This document shows positions 23,032 through 35,926 of a stretch of DNA of 64,000 nt, piece by piece. Below the pieces are notes generated by a model. The model had not been told where the DNA came from, did no database searches, and was given only the letters and a program-made list of their open reading frames with translations. Source of the DNA: Nemertoderma westbladi (lineage: Eukaryota; Animalia; Xenacoelomorpha). Each line of letters opens with the position of its first letter. Position 1 is the stretch's first letter. The DNA lies in contig JAUCBJ010002168.1 in the NCBI GenBank assembly GCA_032718475.1, positions 27,322 through 91,321 of the forward strand. Reading direction: 5' to 3'. A program made the position numbers and the translations under genes.

Positions 23032-25964
23032 ATGTCAGATTCAGACAACGAAGGAAATGTTGCTGGAAACGGAGTAGTGTCCGGTACCGGTGCTGTCACG
23101 ACTTGTGCCGGTAGCAGTCGACCGCGGTTAAGTGTAAAATTAGATGGGATAATTGAGAAGTTTTCTAGACTAGATTGTGGACAAGATTTTGCAGAGTGGG
23201 CCGCAAAGTTTGAAATTGTAGCTCGATTACAAGGTTGGACTGACAATATGGAAGTTTATTTTCCTTTGTTTTTGACTTCTAGTGCATTTGTGGTTTATCA
23301 GCAAACGCCGGATGAAGATAAAGAGAGCTGGCCAGCGATAAAGAAGCGTTTAAACGATGCCTTTTCGGTAACTCAGTCTCAAGCCTACCAATTATTTAAA
23401 ACACGCATTGTGAAACCGGGCGAATCTTACGATGTTTATTTAGCGGAATTAAGGAAGTTGTTATTGCTTTCTGGTGTAACCGACGTCGATTCAGCTACGC
23501 CTATTCTTCGGGGACAGTTTTTGGCAGGTCTACCAAGTAATGTAACCCAACATCTAACAGCTGCCATTGAAGCTGAGGGAGTTGAACTGCAACTTTCGGA
23601 GTTAGTGGCGCGTGCTAGAAGAGTATCCGGTATGTTAAAGGAAAAAGGTGCTGGTAATGGTACCTACGATCGCGTTGTGGCCTGTGGGTGCCATCGAACG
23701 GCAGGGGAATGTTGGTGTACGAGGGAATGGTCCAATCCAAGCTGTCTGCTGGAATTGCAGTGAAGTGGGACATATTGCCCGACAGTGCCCCCGGGGTCGG
23801 AATCGAGGAAGTGGAGCACGCGGTGGGATACAATGTTACGGATGCCGAGGGTTTGGTCACACGCAGCGTGAATGCCCATCTGTCCAACGGAAGTCGGGTT
23901 CGGAAAACTTTTCCAGGGGGGTGTATTCGCAATCCTCGGTCACCCCCCGCGCTTCCTTCCAACCGTAACATGTCAGTTAACATTTCCTTGTAATAAAGGA
24001 GATATTTTTACGTTTACAGCCGGGTTGGACACGTTCTGTACAGAGTCTTTAATAACTAAGAAGTTGTTGCTTAACAATTGTATTAACTTTCGGTGTTCAG
24101 AATTTAATAATACTCTTGGAACATTAGGGGATAGTGTAGCCGTACATGGTAGTGTGTGTGCTCATATCAATGGTATAGATGGAACTGATACAAGTGTCGA
24201 AATATGTTTGAAGGTTGTTGACACTGAGTGTTTGTTTGGTGTGGATATATTATTAGGGGCAGATTGTCTAACTATTTTTGGAGAGTTAAATGTAGTGTAT
24301 GACCGTACCGTGACATGGGGGTGTGTAATGTAAAATTGCCATTGCATTGATGCATGAGTGCGTAGATGGTACCCAAACTAAGCTGCTTGGGGCCCTTAAT
24401 AATGAGCGTAGCAAGCCTGTTGTCGCTGCTGCAATGTCTGATAAGTCTGATGGCAGTTGTGAACAATCATTACTTAATGTCAATGCTAAAGAGTGGTACC
24501 CAAAATGTCCATTGCAGACGGTATATAACCATAGTTTGTTGTCACAAACTAATCGGTTAGGAAAATTTATTCGTGTAGAACAATTTTTGAATGGTGATAT
24601 ATGTTTGCATGATAAAGATTTTAATGTAACATGGCATAGCATCGATAAGCGGTGGGTTCTAGAGTGGAAGTGGATATCAGGAATTCCACCTGTTGGTCAT
24701 ATAGGTTCCGGCCTAGGTGAATATAACATTAAAATTTCTGATAGACAGCTAGACCTATTTAGTGGTGAAGTGAATAAGTGGGTTACCAATGGTTGGATGG
24801 TTAAGCATGACCCTCAGGTTCATGGTGAGCTTAAAGGAGTACTACCCCTAATGCCAGTTCTACAGGAACATAAACCGACAACTCCCGTACGGCCTGTGCT
24901 AGATTATACCCTATTAAACAAGTTATTGTGTGCTGATCCCGGTCGGCAAGTGGCGGTTTGTAGCGAGTCAGTTAGAACATGGCGTAAAATGGGTAACAAT
25001 ACCAAACTTTTAGACCTATCTAAGGCTTATCTACAGGTTCATGTAGTTCCATATCAGACTGTGTATCAGGGGGTGATTTGGAATGATGAAGTGTATATTA
25101 TAAATCGAATGGGATACGGCCTCGAAATCGCTCATAAAGTTTTACATGCAATAGTTTCATTTATTTTTGACACCGGTGGTTACACCATTGAACAGGTTGA
25201 TAAGTATGTGGATGACATCTATGTCAATGAAGATTTAATAAGTGTAACTGAGGTTCGTGCGTTACTAATGCGGTTTGGTTTAGAAAGTAAGGACCCTGAA
25301 GGTCCCCAAACAATGAGTCTTCTGGGAATGAATATTTACCAAGATCCTTGTGGTGTGCTACAGTGGACAAGGAAAGATAAAGATACGTTAGAATTGCCTA
25401 GTAGGTTAACCAAACGAGAAATATTTTCCTGGTGTGGGAAATTAGTGGCCCATTACCCTGTTGTTAGTTATATTAGAGTTTGCTGTGGGTGGTTAAAACG
25501 TCTCTGCGACAATCATTGGGATGATCCAGCTAATTATGCTGTGAAAGAACTTGCTATTGATTTGTATAACATGGTCAGGGATAACAATACAGTGCGTGGA
25601 GTTTGGTCTGTGCAGAACACTATCCATAGTAAAGTAGAGTTGTGGGTGGATGCCAGTGATATAGCCAAAGGTGTTGTACTTGAAATTGATGGTAGTGTTG
25701 TTGAGGACGCATCCTGGTTACGTAAGGCAAAGGATTTTTCGCATATCAATGTAGCTGAGTTGGACGCATTATTGGAGGGCATTAATCTCCTTGTAAAGTG
25801 GAATTTGGTTTGCAAACGGTGTCTAATATATACGGACTCTGAGGTAGTGTATAATTGGATGCAACAGATGTTGAATAACACTTGCAGGTACCACATTGGC
25901 GGAATGACAGAAGCAGTAGTTAGACGCCGATTGCAAATAATAGAGGAAGTCATTGACAGTGATT
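23032..25964 (+). mobile_element. LTR-type retrotransposon internal region (gag, protease, RT, RNase H), frameshifted and lacking integrase
   Basis: Gag with two CCHC knuckles (CWNCSEVGHIARQC, CYGCRGFGHTQREC); protease LDTFC...LLGAD; RT RPVLDY, DLSKAYLQ, RMGYG, YVDD; RNase H WVDAS, AELDA, YTDS. Confidence 0.9.
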
Positions 25965-26241
25965 GTGGAAAGTGAATAAATTTAGTGGAAAGTGAATAAA
26001 TTTAGCGGAAAGTGAATACATTTAGTGGAATGTGAATAAATTTAGTGGAATGTGAATAAATTTAGGGGAAAGTGAATAATTTTAGCGGAAAGTGAATGAA
26101 TTTAGTGGAAAGTGAATAAATTTAGTGGAAAGTGAATAAATTTAGTGGAAAGTGAATAAATTTAGTGGAAAGTGAATAAATTTAGTGGAAAGTGAATAAT
26201 TTAGTGGAAAGTGAATAAATTGAGTGGAAAGTGAATAAATT
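25965..26241. repeat. Minisatellite, about 14 copies of 20-bp GTGGAAAGTGAATAAATTTA
   Basis: Head-to-tail units without spacers; degenerate continuation to ~26430. Confidence 0.95.
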
Positions 26242-26916
26242 ATAAACCATTTTTAGTAAAATATGATTATATTTGGTGGATACAAAATTAAAAATAGTTG
26301 GGACATAATTATTTTTAATGGAAATCCAATTATAAATGGTGAAGAGTAATTAATTTAAGTGAAGGAAATATGATTTTTAGTGAAGGAAATATTGAGTGAA
26401 CAAAATGATTATTCTTAGTGGGAAATAAATATGATGCGTAATAATTATCCTGAAAACGAAACTCAAAAGGTACCCGTAGGCCCTGCGCGTTACATATTTT
26501 AAGGTCCGCGTAGCGAGACCTCTAGTATTCACTCCGTTACTTGTTGTTGTTGTTGGGGTTGTTGAATGTTGGGGTTGTTAATTTCCAGATATGGAGAGGG
26601 GGACTTGGAATCTCTAGGTACATTCTTTTTCAATCCCCCATTACGGTGAATGTTTTTTGATGTAAGATTGATAGTAAGCCATTCATGGAAACAGTTCATG
26701 TGTTAGTAGACGTGAACCTTTGCTTGTTTGTGACTAACCATTTGGCAGTGGCAGTTCTGCAGTTAGGTAAAAGACCGTTGGACTGAATCAGAAGGCAGGA
26801 ATGAAACTGAAAGTTTTATCAGTTATTATACAACACTGTTGTTGTAACAAACTCTCTCATGTCTCTGACTAGCCTATCTGCCTATTGCAGTATAGAGCCA
26901 CTAACTGACTACACAG

Positions 26917-28379
26917 GGGTGCATGTAAAGAGCGGACTGCGGACTGGCGGACTACGGACTGGGGATTGCCAAAATCCGCGCGGTCAATTTGAATTATTGA
27001 CTTCCAAACTAAGAATCCGCTCTTTGTTGTCTGGACAAATGGCGGACTGAAGCCGGTAAATTGTAACCTGATTGGCTCAATCATTTACTTACATAGGCTG
27101 AAGCTGAAAGGGAACTTAAAGAATGAATCATCCCATTGGCTTTTAAATGTTTACCAATGTGCAACACTGTAATACAGGAAATAATTATCCTATACAGTTA
27201 CGTGGACTGTTGATTAAGGGCCTACTATATAATCAATATTCTACGGATTTTCAGATTATTTATTTCAATAAATATTTTTATATACTTCCTGCCTTTAGAG
27301 TTTATGTCACAGTTGTCTGTTCGCAAATATAAAAGAGCGAATATTCGGACATCCTAAGCGCAGGAGCTGGGGGAAGATCTTCTCTGTGCTGGGGGTAAGA
27401 GAGCGTAAGAAAAGGGGGAAGAGGGGCAAAGAAAATGGGTGTGGATCTATAAATAGCATCCAATAGGACGCATCTAATTACTGGCATTTAATTCTGTCCA
27501 AATTTTTATGACAGCCTTAAAATGAAAACCACGAACACGTGATCGGCTAGTGCTTTTTTTAATGTTTTTTTAGTGTGGGCTGTGATATCCTACATATATG
27601 ACATACGATTAACTGTGGGGCGAGCAACGTAAGTCCAGGTGAGCCTTAGCATATGGGTATAATTGGTGGACCCGTCTGTCGTTGTCATCGTCGGAAATGT
27701 TTGAACGCTAATAAGTCGGTCAATCTTGGAAAAATAATGTTTCACTACTAGTATGTACGACTAATATGTTTCAATTATGTTCCAATTTTGTTTCAACTAA
27801 CAGAGACATAATAGTGGCAGTACGAGCCAACCTCCCCCACCCCCCCCCCCCCCCTTTTTTTTTTGGACGACCCCAACGTAAAAACTTTTAATTTAAGTAA
27901 CAAGCAAACAAGGAATATCTTATAAGGTCGCTGTTCACACCTTTAAGCAATAAGCATAACTCTGCTTCGGCAGCAGAAGTACATACTACAGTAGTCCCAA
28001 AGTCTGCATCCAAAGTAGAGTTACGAATGAATCATGCTTAAAAGAGTGAACCGGCCTTAACCTGAGAGATTCTAATGAAAGTTCAAGAGTTCTTCCTACT
28101 GCCTACATAATAGGTTTTCAAAATAATAGGTTTCCATCTCTGTGTCACAATGAAAACATTTAAGCCAATAGGAGGATTCAAGAAAGTTCCCTTTGGGCCT
28201 CTATGTAAATGATTGAGCCAATCAGGTTAAAATTTTCTGGCTTCAGTCCGCCGTTTGTCCAGGCAACAAAGAGCGGATTCTTACATTATAATGCTATAAT
28301 TCAAATTGACCGCGCATATTTGGGCTTTTAATTGACAATCCGCAGTCCGTAGTCCGCAGTCCGCTCTTTACATGCACCC
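26917..28379. mobile_element. Non-autonomous Mutator/MULE-like element, ~170-bp TIRs, 9-bp TSD
   Basis: GGGTGCATGTAAAGAGCGGACTGCGGACT... is inverted at the right end; ACTACACAG flanks both sides (26908-26916, 28380-28388). Confidence 0.88.
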
Positions 28380-29417
28380 ACTACACAGGACTAAATTAAT
28401 TAATTAAATAACTAAATTAAATTAAATTAGTGCTTCTGTAGCTGTACCGGTAGCGTAGCCTATTTCTATTCAGCTATTATCTGATTAGCAATTACCAAGC
28501 TGCCAAAGACTAGGCCTACTGTACTGACAGACTGACAGACTGAAGACAGGAAGGACTACAGGAACAGGACAGCATGACTACCGTTTTGCCGTTCCCGTCA
28601 GCCTGTTCATACTTCCTGCTGTCCTGGCTCCACCCTACAGGTCAGCAGGTTACAGTCCTACAGGACAGGCACAGGTAGGCGTCTATCAGTCTATTGGCCT
28701 AGTCTGCTAGCAGGCTAGTAGGCTAAGTTTTAGCTTGCTTACGGTGCTTGTACTCATACTGCAGTACTGGTAGTTCGGTACCGGTATTGTTTAGTTTGTA
28801 GTTTCAGAGTTTGGTTTACCGTACTGGCTGACTGGTTTGGATTGGAGATTGGATTAGTATGTTAGTTCAGTAGTTAGTATGTAGTAGTACCGGTACGGTA
28901 TTCTGGTATTTATTAGTAGTTTATTTTCCATTTTCGTTTAGGTTTAGGCCTCCAGGCCTCCTAGCTGCCTACTGCTGGACTGGCATGGTTCTGTAGTTCA
29001 GTACAGGCTGACAGGTAGTTTACCTTCTGTTTCTTCTGTCAAGTTTCTTCTGTTTGGCAGTTTACCGCAGTACCTACCATGTACCTACTTGTGTCTACTG
29101 TTGACGGTGACACAGAACCATTTGAAGTGTTATGGGGCGTCCTCCAGGGAAACACACTTGCACCATTTTTGTTCATAATTGTGGTTGACTATGTTCTTCG
29201 CATGTCCTTAGATCATCATAATGATGATGGGGTGATGATAACTCCACCTACTAGCTCCAGAAGTCGAGGAAATCATGCCAAGTACCTAACTGATCTAGAC
29301 TTTGCTGATGACTTATGAGTACTCTCAGAATCACTAGAGGGCGCCCAATGACTCCTCCATCCTCAGCTCATTAGAACATGCTGCTTCTAGTGGTGGTCTT
29401 TTTATTAACTCCAGAAA

Positions 29418-31090
29418 CAGTCAGGTTCCCGGCTTAATTTGACATTATGTCAAATTTGACATGTGGCATGTCAAATTTGTCACTAATGTCAAAATTGCCA
29501 TTTCGTTGTTTAAATTCTATCTATCTGTCTATAGGCATAGTTAAAAGACAGATGTCAAGGCAAATAGCCTACGGGTAGTTGGTAGTTGATAGCACTTACT
29601 GACTTAATAGTTAACTGGTTAAACAAATAGTTAATAGTACTTTCTTTAGTTGTACCTATTCAGTAAAAATATAATCAGGCAATGTATGTGTACGAGCAAT
29701 CCTTCTGTGAGCAAGTCGAGTTCGATGGAAATGCTACATATGCCTGCCTATCTGCCTATCCCATGTGAAGCGACCGGGTAAAAACAGAAGCAATTGCAAA
29801 ATTACCTGCGGAGCAACTGCGAGAAAAATTGATAGATATTTTGTCTAATTGGCAGTCTGATTTCGTAGAATACTCAGAACTCCTTAAATTGTCCAAGAAA
29901 AAACAAGAACTAGTCGATTTGTACCTCCAAATCCAACAAGATATGAGCATTAGGTACCATAGAAGAGGAGCCTGAAACTGATGAATAGTCTGTTCTGAAT
30001 CATTCATTTCATACCGTTCAACCATTCTGCCATTAGAATATATATTATATTGCACTAGTCCTAATCTTTTGTGGTTCATAAATTGTATTGATATTGAGTT
30101 CCGAAATTGCATGTAGATATAATATAACAATGATTTGTGTTCCTTAAATAATTTACAGATTCTTGTTCATTTTTAAAGATTGCAATTGAAGATTGCGGGT
30201 TAGTTATTAAATGCCATTTCCATGATTTCTATGCAGCCAGTTTTCAACCTTAACCTATGTTTGGCTCTGTCTGACCTCAATATAAAATTTATATAATTGA
30301 TTAATTGACCCCTCAGCCCTCACCCCCCCCCCCCCCCCCCCCCTCCCTCTTCCATTCGAAATAATAATGCTATATACCATACCATATATAAATAAACTAT
30401 GGTAAGCTAAGAATGGTGAACTGAACTGTTATTTATCAAGTTAAATTAGGTTGCTGTTATTGTTATATTAAGTTATTGTCTGGGGGGACTGGACGCAATA
30501 AAATTGCATCCCTCTCCAGGGGAAATTGGACACAATTAACAGTTGATTACTCTCAAAAATTAAACTGTAACCTGTTCTATTGTGTTTAGTTTATTGTTTT
30601 GGTTAAAATAATGTGCCTTTGTAACCTGCTCCTTACAGAAGGAATCGGTAATTAAATATCCCATTTTTCATTTCATCCTTTTCATCCAGTTTAAAATATA
30701 AAACTATAATAATTAAAATTGATGTTGGATCAATTAAACAGATTTAATAATAAACCTTCAACATCAAATCGTTTTATATATTTATACTACTGACTGGCAG
30801 ACTGGTATAATATTAAATGTGAAATTTGGAATGTCATGTCAAATTTGAATCTTGCAGAATTTAAAACGTAATTATTTCAAAAAATTCTTGGTGAATTTCA
30901 ATTACCCCTGGTGAAAATGTTCAAATGGCAATTTAATGTCTACATATAAAAATTCAGATGCCCAATTAAATAATTGAACTCCCAAAGCACTTTTTCTCTT
31001 TTTCCATGTCAAATTTAGCATGAAATGTCAAATTTGAAAAGCAAAATGTCAAATTTGACATAATGTCAAATTAAGCCAGGAACCAGACTG
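29418..31090. mobile_element. Non-autonomous TIR element with CAGT ends and 5-bp TSD (AGAAA)
   Basis: TIR CAGTC(A/T)GGTTCC(C/T)GGCTTAATTTGACATTATGTCAAATTTGACA; AGAAA at 29413-29417 and 31091-31095. Confidence 0.88.
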
Positions 31091-32569
31091 AGAAAGACCA
31101 CAATTTTGACAGTTAACTTTGAAAGTCCTCAGCAAGTCTCTGATCGGATGAACATAAGCTCAAATGATGGTATGCTTGAGCATGTGGGTGGACGACTTCT
31201 GTTACCTGGCACCTGGGATCATGGATCCGGAAGTCAGGTGAGAGGACCTTCGAATACGTAAGGGAAAGGCATGGGCAGCCTTGAATAGGCTTTCCAGGAT
31301 TTGGAAGTCACCGAGAATTAATCGGAAACTTAAGGTCCGATTATTTAGAGCAGTAGTTGTTCCAGTACTCTTCTATGGGAGTCCATGCTGGGCTCTAACT
31401 GCCTGACTGCTGAGGACACCAAATCTCTGGATGGCGCATTCACAAGAATGCTACGCCGGGTTCATTGTGTCAAGTACAATGCACACATCTCCAACAGTCG
31501 GTGAGAAGTCAAAAATTGGACTTGAGTCCAAAATTGGACTTCGACTCCAGTTCAAGTCCAAAATTTGACTTCTGTGAGTCCAATATTGGACTTCAAATCA
31601 GCCAATTGTTCCAGGGCCTTGGGTAATTGGATCGGGCGGGATTTTTTTTCTTTAATCGAAAATATATCAAAAAATAAGAGTTTTGAACAGGGGGACCTGA
31701 AATTCACCAGGGGGAACTTTTTTTATAAGGCTTTGAATTTTTACAAAAGTCCAATATTGGACTTTAAGTCCAATTTTGGACGTGACATTGAGAATCGAAC
31801 TTAAAGGTAGATGAAGCATGACAGATGAGAGACAGCCAGACAGCTGTTAAGTTATGGAAAGTTACCTTTGCAGCTCTGTATGTATCTTCAGTGTAATGAC
31901 TGTACTGTACTTAGAATATAATGGTACATTCTAGCATTCTAGGTACTTTGTACTTTACTTTTAGCATATTGTTTAGTTTACAATTTACATTCATGTTATG
32001 TCTAACCTTACAGCCTTATGTACCCAGGACTTTATAATGTCTTTAGGACTAGATTAGATTATGCTCCAACAAATATTTAATTACAAATTATATTTGGTGG
32101 ATACTGGTAGCAATGCCAGGTTAGCCAACTGCAGCTGCTGCTAAGGCTAACTACAGTACAAGCTACGATTTCGTCTAAGGCTATGGGAAGGGGAACCCTA
32201 TCAGAAAGAAATACTACAAGTTGATGCTACCTCCATCTCTTCTAATTTTTCCATACAACAGGAAGGGTATTATAAAACGGCTGGATAACAGGATAATGAA
32301 ATGGGATTAGTAACTACCGGTAATTAACGTGTTGGGGTCTCCACATAATAAGTACAGAAGTAACAAGTAACACACGTCATAATCATAAACCAATTGAGGG
32401 AAAGGAACAGGTTACAGATGCAGGCTTTTCTAACTAAACAATAAACGGCCACTTTTGACTTTACCAATTGAAGGAGCCCTATACTGCTATAACCTCACCA
32501 CATACTACTACTACAATCGGCATGATTCATTGCAACTGCATTATATATATCGGCCCTATTATGTATTAA

Positions 32570-32935
32570 GAATGCTGTGCCGGCTTGTTGACAAAAGTGC
32601 GCCTCCACAACTCCCTTACACTCTTACAGCTGTACAGCCTTATCACCCATGACATTTGCTAGATCATCCGCATCTTCAAGGCCAGTGTCCTTTATTAAGA
32701 CAGTAAGAAAGATGCGTCTCAAGAAAGTTATGGGCTGTCCACCATGCTTATTCACTCCATGAGGTGCACTGGCTGGTCCTCACGGCTTAAAGCGATGTCC
32801 TGCAAAGCGGAGGCGGCTTTGTTCTAGTGTCAAGCTTGGGGGAACCAATGACTGAATGAGACACCTCCAACTCCAATGTTATATAGTGTTTGGTTGGAGA
32901 TGCAGAGATGTGTGCATTGTACTTGACACAGTGAA
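32570..32935 (-). mobile_element. Inverted RTE family B 3' fragment nested in the second CAGT element
   Basis: Reverse complement matches 21585-21790 and 31465-31494 plus 35137-35280. Confidence 0.8.
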
Positions 32936-33364
32936 CCTAATCAAAACAATTAGGCCTAGTCAATAAACATTAACTCAATAACATAATAGGTTACAGTTTA
33001 CAGTAGTCTTATTTTTGCCATACGAAAATACCACAGGTATGGCAGTATGTGTATGAATGAACTATACAGCTATAACTCCACTACGCTACCGCGGTATACA
33101 CCGCTAAGGCAGTAAGGCTACCGCAAAGCTATACCACTACCGCCAGACCGCAAAAAGTAACTACTGACTGACTGACTGATGTCTGACTGTACGTGCTGAC
33201 GCGTGCGATCCCTGTCTGCCTGTTTATAATACATATAATAATTAATTTGATCATTAAAATAATGTTGCATTGTAATTATGTAATATAGGCCTATATGTAC
33301 TGATACGGCAGTACGGGATGCAGTTTTGATTTAAATACCGATATACAGTATGGCAGCATGGGTA

Positions 33365-35017
33365 GGGGAAGGTGGGGGAATTAGAAACATGGGGTAATTA
33401 GAAGCAATGGCTACTACATGCATGCTTTTGTATGTATAGACTTGAAATTTTGATGTTTATTGAGATAAATTATTGGTGATTATTTTTCCAATAGGAATAT
33501 GGCGTTTATTTTCACTTCTTCATTGTCAAATGGCTGATTGTATAAAAGATGAAAAAAAAATCAAATTTTCGATTATTTTTTTGCAACTTCACAAATGGAT
33601 TGTGAGCGATGTCTTATTCCAATTATCTTAAGCAATAGCTTAATTTAAAGCTTATTATGTCATCTATTCAGTAGACAACCTAATTTAATGATAGCATAAT
33701 TAAAAATTTGTTTGTTCAACATAATTTAAAAATGGTCAAATTTTAGTGCCATGGGGTAATTGGAAACATTAATTTTTTTAGCTGGTCCTGTTACTTTGGG
33801 GACCGTCCTTTTCAACAGTTTCTAATTGTCATACAGCTGCGCACCGGTACCTATCTGCCTATTGCTTGAGTGCCTGATTTTTTTGGTTATATAGTGACTA
33901 CTGACAGTCTGATCATGTGACTAATGACTACTAGCTGACTAGAAGTCTGACCATATGGTTTCCCTCAATTGGTAAAGTAATCGTTTATTGTTTTGGTTAG
34001 AATAGCCCACCTAGGTAACCTGCTGCTTTCCCTCAATTGGTAAAGTGGCCGTTTATTGTTTTGGTTAGAAAAGCATGCCTCTGTAATCTGCTCCTTTCCC
34101 TCATTTGGAAAAGTGGCCGTTTATTGTTTGGGTTAGAAAAGCCAGCCTCTGTAACCTGCTCTTTTCCCTCAATTTTACGCAAAACTTCATGGCTGCCTGC
34201 GTTGCCTGGGCGTCATACTCTATGGAATCTCTATCTGCTGCCTTAAAGCACCATTTCCAGTGGTCATGCCACTATTCGGAAGGCTGCATATACCTTTGGA
34301 ATTCCTGGGGGTACCCTCTGGGAACAAGAAACTTAAATATAGTGATCGCTAATTATATAGGTCAGGTGCGTAGATGTTTTCTCGGAAAAGCCAATGAGGA
34401 AACATTGGCCCAATATCTGGTGGTAATAGGAAAAGCGGGAATGGGGCTGTGCTGAACCAACAAGAAATTCTAATTTTAATTTAAGTTAAGCTAATTCATT
34501 TTAATTTAAATAAATGAAGTTTAATTTAGTTATATAAAGAGCAATAATTAGTTTTCATATATCCATATTGTTGCTGGATGTCATTTATTCACAAACATGC
34601 ATATCTCTGTTAATTGTTGAAGGTTTGTGAAACACTTTAAATATTAAACATATGTGGCAACATAGACATGTTATATATCAAATTGTGCGCAATTTAATCT
34701 ACATTCCCATGTGGTAATTAGAAATATTCCAATTACCCCATGTGAATTTCTGGTTGATTTAACTATTGTGAGGCAAACCCTGTTTCCATTTACCCCATTG
34801 TGGGGTAAATGGAAACAATCTCGACTTAAAAAAAATCTCGTCTGCCTGTCACTACCAGATAGTGATAGGCAGACGAGATAGGATGTTCTATTGTTAGCAG
34901 AGAGATGCATGATTCCAAATCTATAGTTATATTTCCTCTATGAATGTTTGTGTAGAAATGAGGGCACTTTTAATTTTTTAAAATCCAAAAAGTGTTTCTA
35001 ATTCCCCCACTTTCCCC
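33365..35017. mobile_element. Tc1/mariner-pogo-type non-autonomous element with TA TSD
   Basis: TA|GGGGAAGGTGGGGGAATTAGAAACA ... TGTTTCTAATTCCCCCACTTTCCCC|TA. Confidence 0.75.
33958..34172. repeat. Tandem ~60-bp repeat (about 3.5 copies), also dispersed through the window
   Basis: GTTTATTGTTTTGGTTAGAAAAGC...TGTAACCTGCTCCTTTCC; related copies near 810-850 (rc), 4870-4920, 30565-30635, 32400-32450 (rc), 42530-42570 and 49065-49120 (rc). Confidence 0.85.
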
Positions 35018-35926
35018 TACACTTGGAGTTGTACTAAAGTCCAATATTGGCAGATTGGACTTTGGAGTCCAAAATTGGACTTAAAGTCTAAAATTGGACT
35101 TGAAGTCCAATTTTTGACTTCTCACCGACTGTCCAACCAGATACTATATAACATTGGAGGTGTCTCATTGGTTCCCTCAAGCTTGACACTAGAACAAAAT
35201 CGCCTCCGCTTTGCAGGACATTGCTTTCGCCGTGAGGACCAGCCAGTACATAATCTTGTACTTTGGCAGCCTCATGGAGTGAATTCAAGGAGTCAAGGCA
35301 CTTAAACTGGCAACAATTGTAGACCTACCGACGGCGACGGGGACGGCCCGTCGGTACAATTGAACATCGCCATTTAAAATATTATTTGACTATTAATTGA
35401 TTGCCTACTTACAGCGCAGTAGGTACCGGTCCGGTTCCGGTAGTGCTGTACTGTAGTGCGGTTGTCTGGTACTGGCAGGGCAGGGCAGTCGCAGTAGTCA
35501 GGTAGTGGTCAAATTAATAAGTTTTTTTTCTAGAAAAGACAGTTTTTTTCACGTGCTGCGCGAAGGGCACAGCGTCCTCTGCAGCCGTAAAATTTACATC
35601 ACATTAAATACACGACCTGGAGTGTCTGTCTGTAGATTTTCCGACAAATTGAAGGAAAATTGAGGAAATGGTGCGCATATGAAAATAGGCAAAATTGACT
35701 TTTCGAAAAAAAATGCCATAAACTCATGATTTTCTATCGTGCTGCTCGAAGCGCGGAGAATCGCCTAATTTAAATTTTTTTTTTCTATGAAGTTACACAT
35801 AGGTCAGAGAGTGTCTGTGTATATTTTGAGACAAATTGGTTCAAAAATGGCCACTGGGGAAAGGTGTTTGTCACTTTGCCTCAAATGTGATAGAACCCGA
35901 AATGCTTATTTAGTAATTCGGCAATC

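Larger units (their letters stand above)
31495..35131. mobile_element. Second non-autonomous TIR element with CAGT ends and 5-bp TSD (TCCAA)
   Basis: TIR CAGTCGGTGAGAAGTCAAAAATTGGACTT; TCCAA at 31490-31494 and 35132-35136; subterminal AGTCCAA.ATTGGACT palindromes. Confidence 0.88.
29088..35305 (+). mobile_element. RTE-type LINE family B copy split into three pieces (29088-29417, 31096-31494, 35137-35305)
   Basis: GVLQG.TLAPFLF and LDFADD; the GLFINSRKT motif rejoins across the first insertion and TCCAA-CCAG across the second; ends RLRFAGHCFRR. Confidence 0.88.

Noticed and set aside
25965-26241. CRISPR array
   Set aside because: Units are head-to-tail with no unique spacers, there are no cas genes, and the context is eukaryotic.
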